Source: an uncultured Gemmataceae bacterium (GTDB lineage Bacteria; Planctomycetota; Planctomycetia; Gemmatales; Gemmataceae). From it: 64,000 nt of DNA. The stretch lies in NCBI GenBank assembly GCA_963750165.1, contig CAVVPN010000004.1, forward strand, positions 32,001 to 96,000, given 5' to 3'. Position 1 is the first letter of the stretch. Each line of letters opens with the position of its first letter. Of this stretch, positions 21,521 to 31,611 are shown one piece after another. The position numbers were made by a program, and so were the translations under genes. The notes below the pieces were generated by a model that saw only the letters and a program-made list of their open reading frames with translations, did no database searches and was not told the origin of the DNA.

Positions 21521-22113
21521 TTGAGCGACACCGACAAGGAATTACGCTTCGCCTACAAGGAATGGGCCGCCATCTGTCTGGCGCTGTGCGCGGCGAACAG
21601 TCGCTGCTGCTGCGCAAGGGCGGCAGCGCTGAATCCGATGGCGATTTCGCCCTGGAGCACGCGCGCTTCTGGCTGCTGCCGACCTACACACACCAGCAGG
21701 AGCAGGGCGGCCTGCAAGAAGACGCCGCGCCGCTGCTGGCCGAGGCGCTGGCGCAGCGGCCGCCGACGGGCGTGCTGCGGCTGACGCACTTCGCGGAGGT
21801 GCTCGGCGTCTACCACGTCAAGGCGGTGATGCCGGCGCTGCTGCTGCAACACCTGCACTGCTGGTCGGCCGCCACGGTGGAGAAGCGCTTCCACTACCGC
21901 ACGCCGGGACTGTTCGTGCTGCCGGTACGTGTCTGGAAAGCGGCGGAGGTGTATGAGTTGCCCGACCGTGCCGAGTACGCGGGCTGCCGCACCTGGGTTG
22001 AGCTGGAGCGGCCGCTGTCCACCGCCGGCGCGACGCCAGCGCTGCCGGAGCAGTCGATTGCCAACCTGCGCGACAGTCTGGATCTGCTCCTGAACCCGAC
22101 CGCGTTCGTGTGA
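21521..22113 (+). CDS. DUF1802 family protein; frameshift near 21590
   Basis: AYKEWAAICLAL + GEQSLLLRKGG, FWLLPTYTHQ, YAGCRTWV. Confidence 0.8.
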
Positions 22114-22150
22114 ACCCGTCGGTTTCGGCGTTTTTTTCAAGGAATCGACC

Positions 22151-23008
22151 ATGCCCGCCCGCTGCCCCACCTGCAACGTGCCGCTCACGATCGACGAGGC
22201 CCGTCAGCCGACCTGCCCGGTCTGCGGCGAGAGCCTGGAGGTGCGCACGCGGATCACGGAAGAACCCGAGAGCCGCCGCTGGTCCGAACCCAAATCCCCG
22301 CTCGCCTGGGACGAGCGGGAGGACCGCCGCGATTCCTTCCGACTCGGGGAAGGCGAGCGCCGCGACACCCTGCCTGGCAAGGGACTCACCCACGCCACGA
22401 TCCTGATGCTGATTCTGAGCCTGGTGGTGGAGCTGGCGGCCATCGGCGTCAGCCTCGTGGCCCTGCCCGCGGCGACCGGCCGCGTGGCCGGCGCAGGATC
22501 AGCCGCTGGAGGCCCTGGACCCGATGGACCTGCTCCGCGGTATTGTGGACTGCTTCCTGCTGTTGGTGCGACTGCCGACGGGCATTGTGTTCCTGTGCTG
22601 GGTCTACCAGTCGTACAGCAACCTGGAAGTCCTGCGGGTGTCGGGCCTGGAGCACTCGCCGGGCTGGGCAGTCGGGTATTTCTTCATCCCCATTCTGAAT
22701 CTGTTCCGGCCCTGCCAGGTCTTTCAGGAAATGTGGCGGGCCAGCAACCCGAACGACCTGACTCACGACTGGAACCGGGGCAGCGGCAGTGGCTTGATTA
22801 CCTGCTGGTGGCTGTTCTGGCTGGCTTCCGAAATCGCCAAGGTATCGGCGGCGTGGCCGGGTCGTCGCCCACAGCCCACCTCTCGACCGTCATCCTGCTT
22901 ACCCTGGTGGCGGACGCCTTGACCATCGTGGCGGGGCTGCTGGCGATTGCCGTCGTCTGGAGCCTGCGGGCGCAACAGGAGCAGAAGTTCCAGGCGGAGC
23001 GGTTTTGA
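22151..23008 (+). CDS. Zn-ribbon plus DUF4328 membrane protein; two compensating frameshifts (about 22465 and 22845)
   Basis: CPTC/CPVC; FLCWVYQSYSNL...SPGWAVGYFFIPILNLFRP...EMWRAS lies in ORF 22524..22922. Confidence 0.75.
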   Translation: MPARCPTCNVPLTIDEARQPTCPVCGESLEVRTRITEEPESRRWSEPKSPLAWDEREDRRDSFRLGEGERRDTLPGKGLTHATILMLILSLVVELAAIGVSLVALPAATGRVAGAGSAAGGPGPDGPAPRYCGLLPAVGATADGHCVPVLGLPVVQQPGSPAGVGPGALAGLGSRVFLHPHSESVPALPGLSGNVAGQQPERPDSRLEPGQRQWLDYLLVAVLAGFRNRQGIGGVAGSSPTAHLSTVILLTLVADALTIVAGLLAIAVVWSLRAQQEQKFQAERF

Positions 23009-23134
23009 GGGCCGCGGAAGGGGGCACCGTTTTCACCGGAGCGGGTTGCCGTGGCTGAAGGGCGTTAACGCTGGCGTTTGACACGGTCAACTCAGGAGAA
23101 AGGACCAGGGCTCGACAATGTGGCCGCCGGTTTC

Positions 23135-23415
23135 CTTCCTGCCAGCCACCGGCGTTCGCCAGACGCACGGCCAATTCCTCAAGCCGCTCCAGGTCTTCGG
23201 TGTTCTCGATCAACGCGCGCACTGCGGCGTCCGGCGGCCCGAATTTGCTCTCCCCAATCAAAAAGAGCATGCGGCGGGCCTCCTCCGCGCGACCCCGACG
23301 CACAATGGCCTGATAGGTCGAAGACTGTTCCATTCCCAGCACCTCCTCGAAGAAGACGTGCGCCAGCGCATCGGAATAGCGTAGTCCCAGAAGCACATAC
23401 GTCGCCGACCACAGG
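23135..23415 (-). pseudogene. Fragment resembling the C-terminal half of an Rpn/DUF4351-like protein
   Basis: LWSATYVLLGLRY...MEQSSTYQAI...KFGPPD...DLERLEEL; no N-terminal nuclease domain. Confidence 0.55.
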
Positions 23416-23480
23416 GGCGGGCGCTGCCGCTGATGCGCCGACTGCTGGGCTCCCTGCTCAAGTCGCGTCGCTGTTCCGGG

Positions 23481-23828
23481 TCAGCGGTTTGCGCCCTTTT
23501 TCCCGCCGAAGTAGACCTGTTCCAGCAGATCGCGCAATTCCTCGGCAATTTCCTCCGGCGGGTTGCCGGACAGGGCGGCGGCGATCAGCCGTTCGGCCTC
23601 GCGGAGGGCGCCGCATTCCAGGGCCAGGGAGGCGGCGCTGTGGTGTAGCACCGAGCGCGTCGGCTCCAGGGTCAGGTCCGCTGCCGCCACCGCGGCCGCT
23701 TGCCGTTCCTGCTCGAAGGCCTGGCGCAAGTGTTCCCGGGCCGCCTGGGGGTTGCCGCCGCGCCGCAACCGCTCCGCTTCATCGACCAGGCGCATCGCCT
23801 GGTGATGGAGGTCGTGCATCGGACTCAT
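23481..23828 (-). CDS. Small helical hypothetical protein, second gene of a coupled pair
   Basis: LHHQAM...EPTRSVLHHSAASLALEC...PPEEIAEELRDLLEQ; ATGA overlap with the upstream gene. Confidence 0.75.
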   Translation of the reverse strand: MSPMHDLHHQAMRLVDEAERLRRGGNPQAAREHLRQAFEQERQAAAVAAADLTLEPTRSVLHHSAASLALECGALREAERLIAAALSGNPPEEIAEELRDLLEQVYFGGKKGANR

Positions 23829-24220
23829 CGCTGCACCATCCTTGCTTGCGGTTTGCCGAACTCAACGACCACGACGTGGGCCGGCAGGTGCCCGCTATCG
23901 GACTTTTGGGTTTGTTTGGTTTTCGCCGACAGCCTCACGGCGTACGCGCCTTGCTCCGTGGCTTCGTCGAAATCATTCCAGAACCGCTGCATCGGCTCAG
24001 TGACGCGATCAGACCAGTGGAGGGAGTACACGGCGCTGGGCGTGCCGCTGACGGTAAGCGTCACCCCGGAAACGTGGCCCTGCTTATCGAGGCACAGGAT
24101 CGCCGCCTGGGCTAACATGGTTCCGCACGCGGGTGGAATGTGGGGGAACTCGACCGCCAGAGCGTCCAGGAGGAGTTGCCCCTTGGTGTCCTCTGAGGGT
24201 GCATCGGGCATGGCCGCCAT
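23825..24220 (-). pseudogene. Hypothetical protein, probably internally deleted (possible PD-(D/E)XK-type toxin)
   Basis: EATEQGAYAV runs directly into RLSAKTKQT...LPAHVVVVEF; recalled homologues carry a longer central segment. Confidence 0.5.
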
Positions 24221-24384
24221 TGGGTATCCCCCTTTCCCGAATTACGCCGGGTGCCATGCTTTCGCGGCCCGTGCAGCGTCAGGCGTGCGTTTCAGAATAC
24301 CCCCTGCCGCGGTCAGGACAAGGAAATAACGGCTCAGGTGGCACTGCTACGCCACCAAAGAGGAGACCTTCGGTCGCAGCCGTG

Positions 24385-24445
24385 GACCGGTCAGGAGACC
24401 GGCCCACAACAAGTGGCGCACAACAGGAGACCGGCCTACAACAGG
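24385..24445 (+). repeat. Short direct repeat / REP remnant (caggagaccggccYacaaca x2)
   Basis: Two near-identical 20-mers about 30 bp apart in an intergenic region. Confidence 0.6.
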
Positions 24446-24647
24446 GGAGTTGCAGTTGTCTGGCGGTGGGTACTACGGTTATTACAGAGTCAGGGGCTGC
24501 CACCCTGGTCCCGAGGCAGGCAAGATCAATAGTTTGAGTAGGGAATCTCCGCTCCCCGCCACGCAAAGTGGGGGGTCTGTGAAATGATATGAAACGAAAC
24601 GGCCTCCTGCCCCTACTTCCATTATACGCGAGCAACCGAGGCACGAC

Positions 24648-25781
24648 ATGACCCACGATCCGATGGCCGCCATCCGCGACAAGGTCGAGGCCGGCGAGCG
24701 CCTGTCCTTCGCGGACGGCCTGTACCTGGAGGAGCACGCCGACCTGCTGGAGCTGGGCCGGTTGGCCAACACGGTGCGCGAGCGCCAGCACGGCAACCGC
24801 GCTTATTACAACGTCAACACGCACCTGAACCCGACCAACGTCTGCGTCTACCGCTGCACCTTCTGCGCTTTCCGCGCCGACCTCAAGAGCGACAGGGGCT
24901 ACGTCATGAGCGACGCACAGCTCCTTGAGCGCGCCGCCGAGGCGGAGGGCCGCGGCGCCACCGAGTTGCACATCGTCGGCGGCCTGCACCACCAGTTGCC
25001 GTATGAGTGGTATCTGAACGTGGTGCGGATCATCCATCGGGCGCACCCGCGGCTGCACCTGAAGGCGTACACGGCGGTCGAGTGGGACTGGTTCGCACGG
25101 CTGACCAACCGGCCGACGCGCGACCTGCTGGCGGAGTTCAAGGACGCGGGCCTCGGCAGTCTGCCAGGCGGCGGCGCCGAAATCTTCCACCCCGAAATCC
25201 GCGACCAGATTTGCGAGCACAAGGCCGACGCCGACGGCTGGCTGCGTATCCACCGTGAGGCGCACGAACTGGGGTTGCGCTCCAACGCCACCATGCTCTA
25301 CGGCCACATCGAACGGCCGGAGCACCGCATTGACCACCTGATCCGCTTGCGTGAGTTGCAGGACCAGACCGCCGGGTTCCAGACGTTCATCCCGCTGGCG
25401 TTCCACCCGGACAACACGCGGCTGAGTCACATCCAGAAGCCGAGCATCCTGCGCGACCTGCGAACGATGGCGGTGAGCCGGCTGCTGCTGGACAACTTCC
25501 CGCACGTCAAGGCGTACTGGATCATGCTCGGCATCCAGACGGCGCAAATCGCGCTGGGCTTCGGAGCGGACGACATCGACGGCACGGTGGTCCACGAGAA
25601 GATTTACCACGACGCCGGCTCGGACACGCCGCAGGAGTTGACGGTGGCAGAACTGCGGCGGCTGATCGCGGAGGCGGGCCGCGTGCCGGTGGAGCGCGAC
25701 ACGCTGTACCGCGAGGTGGTGCGACAACAGAACGACTGGCAGATCGGCCGGGCAATCCCGCTGACACTGGCCAGTATCTGA
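24648..25781 (+). CDS. mqnE: Aminofutalosine synthase (CofH/MqnE radical SAM)
   Basis: NPTNVCVYRCTFCAF (CxxxCxxC), ELHIVGGLH, KAYTAVE, PGGGAEIF, NATMLYGHIE, HVKAYW, EKIYHDAG. Confidence 0.9.
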   Translation: MTHDPMAAIRDKVEAGERLSFADGLYLEEHADLLELGRLANTVRERQHGNRAYYNVNTHLNPTNVCVYRCTFCAFRADLKSDRGYVMSDAQLLERAAEAEGRGATELHIVGGLHHQLPYEWYLNVVRIIHRAHPRLHLKAYTAVEWDWFARLTNRPTRDLLAEFKDAGLGSLPGGGAEIFHPEIRDQICEHKADADGWLRIHREAHELGLRSNATMLYGHIERPEHRIDHLIRLRELQDQTAGFQTFIPLAFHPDNTRLSHIQKPSILRDLRTMAVSRLLLDNFPHVKAYWIMLGIQTAQIALGFGADDIDGTVVHEKIYHDAGSDTPQELTVAELRRLIAEAGRVPVERDTLYREVVRQQNDWQIGRAIPLTLASI

Positions 25782-25808
25782 AAACAAAAGACGAATCGCG
25801 AAAACACG

Positions 25809-25853
25809 AAAAAAAGCTGACCGTCACGGATTTTGGGGCGGTCAGCTTTTTTT
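25809..25853. terminator. Bidirectional intrinsic terminator-like hairpin
   Basis: A7-gctgaccg ... cggtcagc-T7 between convergent genes. Confidence 0.75.
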
Positions 25854-25955
25854 ACGCCTGGATTGGCTGGTTTCAGCATAGCTCCCGCCCACACGGTCAA
25901 GCACTTCCAGGGCTTTTCCGTATTGCTCAGGGCTGGTCATGGGCACGACGGGCAT
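25842..25955 (-). CDS. 37-aa ORF, small protein or truncated remnant (below the ORF-track cutoff)
   Basis: MPVVPMTSPEQYGKALEVLDRVGGSYAETSQSRRKKS; GGAGAGG RBS; TGgTAGGAT extended -10-like upstream. Confidence 0.4.
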   Translation of the reverse strand: MPVVPMTSPEQYGKALEVLDRVGGSYAETSQSRRKKS

Positions 25956-26089
25956 GGCAGTTCCTCTCCATTGCAGCTTCGCGCGCTTCTCACACGAATC
26001 CTACCATCCCCGCCCGCGCGCCCCCAGGGCAATCCCAGCAGCCGCCGTCGGGAGGATTGCAGCGCATCAAGCCGCCAGCGAGAGAAGTC

Positions 26090-29000
26090 TCACGCCGACA
26101 ATCGCAGCGTCGCCTCGGCCAGCGCGTTGTCGCGGACGTGCTTCAGCAACCGCTCCCACGCCTCGGGGTTGACCGGCACTTCGCCGCCCGCGTGGTCCAG
26201 TTCCTCCAGTAGCTGTGCCGCGCTGACGATGCGGCGCTCGGCCGCCTTCGGCCCGAGCCGGTCGAGCAGATCCAGCAGCGGTTCCGGCAGAGTCGGCCCG
26301 CGCGTCCCCTTGCGCCGGGCGCCGCTCCACTCCGACGCGATCCGCCCCAGCGCCTCCAGGTCCGCGGCCACGTCCTCATGCACCTCCGCGTCCGTCAGCC
26401 ACGGCGGCTCGCCGGCGCCGCACAGTTTCAGCGTGCCGTCGGCCGTCAGCAGGAACAATTCCGGCCGCAAGTGGCCGTGGACCAGGCCCGCTTCGTGGAC
26501 CGTGTGCAGACCGAGGGCCGCCTGGCTGAGCAGGCGGAACCACACTCCCGGCGCCGCGGCCGGCGGCGGCCAGTCGTTGCCCGGCAGGCCGGTCAGCCAT
26601 TCCTGGATGGCCGCGGGACGGCCCTTGATGTCGAGCACCTCCAGCGTCGCCGCCACGTTCGGGTGCAGGATCATCGCCTGGCGGAAGCGCTGTCGGAACT
26701 CGTCCGGATGCACCGCGTCCTCCAGTTCCGCCTCGGCCAGCCAGCGCAGCACTGCGTCCTCGCCGCGGCGCGGGTCGAAAACGCGGTAGACCTGCTCGCG
26801 CGGCGTCGCGCGCAGCCGATCCACCACGCGCACCGGCCCCAGCATCAGGCCGTCCAGGTTGCCTGCCTCGATCAGCGCCAGCTGGTAGAGCGTCACGGCA
26901 CCGCTGGCGAGCAGCACCTGGCGCAGCGACCGCCGCTGCCGCCGGGCCTCGACCCATAGCGCCGTCAGCGTGTCCGCCTCGACCAGGCCCAGCGAGCGCA
27001 GCAACTCGCCCAGCTGCCGGTCGGCCGGCTCCACGTCGCCGGTCAACGACAGGATGTCGCGGTTGCCGTCGGCCGCCGGCGCCGCGGTCGCTTCGCTCAC
27101 TCGCGCCTCTTCCGGGATGCCGGCCAGTTCGCGGAGCTTTTTACGATACCACTCGCGCATGTCCGCCAAATGACGCTCGACCTCGCCGCGGCGCTCGGCG
27201 ACGGCACGCTGTTCGTGTTGCAGTTGCTCGGCCTGTTGCGCCAGGCGCTGGGCGTCGGCGTCGATGCGGCGGGCCTGCTCGTCCACCTGCGACTTCTGTC
27301 GTTGCAACCGCGACTCGTCGCGCGCCAGCAGTCGCTTCAGGTCGCCGATCTGGCCCTGCCAGTCGATCAACTGCTGGCGGAACGCGACCACGGCCAGGCG
27401 CTGCTCGTCCTGGTGGCGGCGCAGCGCCAGCTCCTGCTGCTGCAACCGCTCCGCCTCCGCCTGCAACTGCGCCCGGATCGCGTCCAGACCCTCCTGACAC
27501 TGCTGGGCGTAATTGTGGACCTCGGCCAGGTGCTCGCGCAGCTGCTCCCGGGCGTGCGTCAGCCGCTCCAGCGCGGTGCCGGCGCAACTCCAACTCCGGC
27601 AACTGCTGTTGCAGCGTCAGTGCCTCGCGCCGCGCCTGCTCCAGCTCCGTCCGGGCCTGCTCCACATCAGCCAGCGCCTGCTGCCGCTCGGAGTCGAGGC
27701 CGCCGCGCTCCTGCGCCAGCGCCTTGCGCTCGGTGGCGACACCGCGGCCAACCTCCTTGAGCTTGTCCTGCTGCCGCCGCAGCGTCTCCTCGCGGTCGTT
27801 CAGCAATTGTTGCAGCCGACTCACTTCCGCCGTCTGGGCGTCCAGCTCGCGCCCCGCCGCCGCCAGCGCCTCCTGTCCCGCCTGCCGTTCGCGCTCCAGC
27901 TCCGCCCGCTGCTCCTCGACACGCTCCAGCGCTGCCTCGTGCTGGCCGGCCTGCTCCGCCAGCGCCTTCTGCCGCGCGGTCAACTCCTCGGAGCGACGCC
28001 GCAGCTGTTCCTGCAACGCCTCGCGCGCCTGCTCCGCCTGCGTCAGCAGGTTCTTGCGCTCGCGTAGCCCCTCGCGCTCCGCTTCCACCCGCCGCTGCAA
28101 GTCGTCCAGCTGCGTCTTGCGCGCCTCGACCAGGCTGGCAGCCTCGGCCTGCTCCGCGACCGCCGTGTCCAGCGCCAGCGCCTGCGCCTGCAACCGCTCC
28201 TCCTCAGCGCTGACTTTTTCCTGTGCCTGCCGCAACTGACTGACCGCCGCCTCCATCACGGCGCCGCGCTCCGCGAGCTGCCGCCGCTCCTGCTCCAGCA
28301 AGGTGCGGTCGCCGTCGAAGTCCGCCCGCAACCGCTGCGCCGCCTCCAGCTGCTGCCGTGCCTCCGCAGCCAGCGTCTCCTGCCGCTCGCGCTGCTCGGT
28401 CAACTCCTGCTCTTCCTTGCGAACTTCCTCGCGCATGCGCTCCAGGCGCGTGCGCAACGCCGCCAGCGTCGCTTGCTGGCCCTCCAGCGCCGCGGCCCGC
28501 TTCGCCAGCTGGGCGGCGGCCTCATCCTGCTCCGTCTTCTGCTTCGCCAGCTTCTCGCCGACGGCGCACAGCTTCGTGTGCCATTCGTCCAGCTGCACCA
28601 CCTGCTCTTCCAGGTCACGCGTGTCGTGCTGCATCTGCTCCAGCTTTTGCTCGACTTCCTGCGACCGCTGCTGCACCTGCTGCTCGCGCTCATCCAGGCT
28701 GCCCTGCAGGCGGTCGAGCCGCACCAGGTCGTCGCGGTACTGGGCCTGGTCCTGCTCCAGCTTTTCGCGCTCCGCCGTCAACTGATCCTCGCGGCGCAAG
28801 ATGTCGCCGAGTCGATCCGTCAACTCCTGCTGCAACTGGGCCTGCTGCGCCTCGAAGCGCGCACGCTCTTCCTGCAACTGCTGCCGCTGCTGCTCCAGCT
28901 CGGCGGCGCGGCCGTCCAGTTCCGCCAACCGCGGTGACTCCTCGGCGCGGCGTGCGGCCCAGCGCTTCTCTTCCTCCTCGATCGCGCGCCTGCGCTCCTG

Positions 29001-29876
29001 CACTTTTTTGGCGGCCTTGTTGACGGCCTCCTGCAGACCGGCCATACGGTCGCGGCGTTCGCGGTAGCGCTCGTACAGCTGGCGGCGCAGGTCCGCCAAC
29101 TCCTGCCGGGCCGCGGTCAGTTCGAGCCGCTGTTTCTCCAGGTCCGCGGCCCGCGCCTCGACCGCGTGATATTGCAGGTTCAGTTCCGCTTCGCGCTCCG
29201 CCAGCGCCTCAGCGTGACCCTGAGAACCCCCGGTCGGGGCGGCGTGCTCCGGCTGCTTCAGTTCCTGCTCGATCTCCTGGCGGCGCTGATACCAGACGGC
29301 GCGGTCGTTCTCCAGGTCGCTGATTTGCTCCTGCACCTGCTGGCGCTGCCGCTCCAGCTCGGCAGTCTGGGCGGCGAACGCCTGGCGCTGCTTCTCGAAG
29401 GCGACGACCTCCTCACGGAAGCGCTGGGCCTGTTGTTGCAGGTGTTCGCGCACGGCCTCCAGGTTCGGCGGCAGCGGCGCGGCCAGGGCGGGCGCGGCGG
29501 CAGCGGGCTGGATGTGAACGGTGACATCGGCGCCGCCGAGGGTGATGTGGTCGCCGTCGCGCAGCGGCGTCTGCGTGGCGGGCCGGCCGTTGAGCAACAC
29601 CTGCTGCGTCGCGGCAAGCTTGCGCAGGCTGGCCCCGCTGGCGTGGCGGCCGACCAGGCATAGCAATGGTGTCAGTTCGCCGCCGGAGACGCGCAGGTCG
29701 CAGCCCGGCACACTGCCGATCAGGAAGCTGACATCGGCGACGGCGTACCACGTGGGGCGGTTGCTGCCGTAGCGGACTTCCAGCTTGACCTCGGCCAGCG
29801 GCCCGTCGGTGGTCGGCGGACGTGAGGGGGGTGAGGACACTTGTGCCATCCCGGCAACCTGCGCGGCCTGGGGCAT
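26090..29876 (-). CDS. Large FHA / coiled-coil / kinase-like protein; frameshift near 27585
   Basis: FHA-like FLIGSVPGCDL...LNGR...LRDGDHITLG; long Q/E/R-rich heptads; kinase-like HPNVAATLE, VHGHLRPE, LKLCGAG. Confidence 0.8.
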
Positions 29877-30100
29877 CCCGGCCCCGGCCTGGATCACGAC
29901 GCTGGCGCTGATAAGACACGATCTGTGGTTTTTTTTGAAGAGCGAAACGCGGGGGTAGCTCAACTCACGGAAAGATGCTTCGGGTCGCTCTTGGTCAAAC
30001 CTGGGCGGCATGGTACAGTGGCCGGCGCCCGGGGCGGGCTGAGGAGGGCTCGCCCGCGCCGTCGTCCTTGGAACGGATTCCCTCGGGGAGGCTTCCGCTC

Positions 30101-30634
30101 ATGTCCACGCAGCCGCCGCAGTCGCCGCAGCCGGCGCCGAACACCTCCACCCGCCAGCTGCTCGACGAACTCGACGACCTCATGCAGCGCATGCTGGCAC
30201 TGCCCGTCCACCATCTGGACGATGAACCGGCGCCCTCCGAGGCCGCCGTCGTGCCGACCGTGGCGCCGCCGCCGCCCCTGAGCGCGCCCGTCATGCACGC
30301 CCTGCTGCCGGCGCCCCCCGAAAACGACCCGCCCGACCCGCCGGCTGACCCGCCTCCGCCGCGCCAGGAAGCACCGCCCGTGGCAGCGCCGCGTCTGCCG
30401 CGGGTCTACGCGCCGCGCGGCCGGCACGTGGGGCCACCGGTTCGGGCTGCGGTCCCCGCCTGGTTCCTGTGGCCGCTGATCTGGGGCAACCGTGCCTTCG
30501 ACCGCGGCACGGCCTGGTTCGGCGGCCCCGGCCGCTGGCTGCGCAGCCCCGCCGGCCGTACCCTGCTCGGCTGGGCCGGTCTGCTGCTGCTGGGTCTCGC
30601 CATCGCCTGGGGCATCCTCAAGTGGATCGGCTAA
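30101..30634 (+). CDS. Proline-rich hypothetical protein with C-terminal TM helix
   Basis: TRQLLDELDDLMQRMLALP; LLGWAGLLLLGLAIAWGIL; GGGGAGG RBS. Confidence 0.7.
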   Translation: MSTQPPQSPQPAPNTSTRQLLDELDDLMQRMLALPVHHLDDEPAPSEAAVVPTVAPPPPLSAPVMHALLPAPPENDPPDPPADPPPPRQEAPPVAAPRLPRVYAPRGRHVGPPVRAAVPAWFLWPLIWGNRAFDRGTAWFGGPGRWLRSPAGRTLLGWAGLLLLGLAIAWGILKWIG

Positions 30635-30733
30635 AGGTCCACTTCCCCCGATGGGCGGCCTTCTTTAGAATACCAGGATCGCGGACAACCGCGTCCGCAC
30701 CGCTGAGGTTGCCCCGGAGAACGGATCGTCACC

Positions 30734-31315
30734 ATGCCTGACGCCGCACCGCCCACCAACACCGCCCCCCGTTCGCTCAACCCCACCGCTGCGCTGCTGA
30801 GCTACCTGGTGCCGGGCCTGGGTCAGATTTCGCAGGGCCGCGTCGGCAAGGGCGTGCTGTTCCTGATCTGCCTGCTCGGGCTGTTCTTCTACGGCATGTA
30901 CCTGGGCAACTGGCGCAACGTCTACATCGAGGGCGTGCCGCCGCCGCCGCCGGGCAAGGTGGCACGGGTCAACCCCGTCGATGCGCTGGTGGCGAACGCT
31001 CGCTTCTTCGGCCAGTTCTGGATCGGCGTCGTCGCCTGGCCGGCCGTCATCCAGTACGCCACCGCCCCGGAAGGCGTCGTGCCGCCCCCCGAACACTCAC
31101 TGTTCGGCAAGTTCCAGAGCCGGCCGACCGAAACAGAACTGAACGACCTGCTGCGCAACACGGACAAGAGCCCCGATCTGGGCTGGACCTACACGGTCAT
31201 CGCCGGCGTCCTCAACATCCTGGTGATCTACGACGCCCTGGCCGGCCCCGCGTTCGGGGCCGCGGTCGCGCCCCGGCCGGCGCCGCCCGCCTCTCCCGAA
31301 AAAGTCGCCGTCTGA
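30734..31315 (+). CDS. Membrane protein (DUF6677-like)
   Basis: LLSYLVPGLGQISQGRVGKG; LGWTYTVIAGVLNILVIYDA. Confidence 0.75.
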   Translation: MPDAAPPTNTAPRSLNPTAALLSYLVPGLGQISQGRVGKGVLFLICLLGLFFYGMYLGNWRNVYIEGVPPPPPGKVARVNPVDALVANARFFGQFWIGVVAWPAVIQYATAPEGVVPPPEHSLFGKFQSRPTETELNDLLRNTDKSPDLGWTYTVIAGVLNILVIYDALAGPAFGAAVAPRPAPPASPEKVAV

Positions 31316-31326
31316 GGATTCGGCCC

Positions 31327-31611
31327 ATGAACCACATTTACTGGCAACTGCCGCCGCTGCTGGTCGTCATCAGCCTGGTGTACAGCGCCACCCGGCACGA
31401 CGACTGGCCCTCGATCTTCCGCGAGGCGTTCCGCTGGGGCTACCGCATGTTCGGCTTCCTGCTGCTCATCGGACTGTCGCTGTACGTCTTCGCGCGCTTC
31501 GGCTGGCTGGGGGCGATTGTGCTGGCCGGTGTGCTGCTGCTCATGCTGACGGGGAGCTACATTGGGGCCTGGCTGTGGGAGCGGCACAAGAGCCCCGCGG
31601 TGCCGCGATGA
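31327..31611 (+). CDS. Small membrane protein
   Basis: VISLVYSATRHDDW; three hydrophobic segments; ATGA overlap with the next gene. Confidence 0.7.
   Translation: MNHIYWQLPPLLVVISLVYSATRHDDWPSIFREAFRWGYRMFGFLLLIGLSLYVFARFGWLGAIVLAGVLLLMLTGSYIGAWLWERHKSPAVPR

Noticed and set aside
24648..25781. Radical SAM enzyme as a RiPP maturase for the nearby 37-aa ORF
   Set aside because: Motifs match MqnE of menaquinone biosynthesis, there is no SPASM domain, and the small ORF is on the opposite strand
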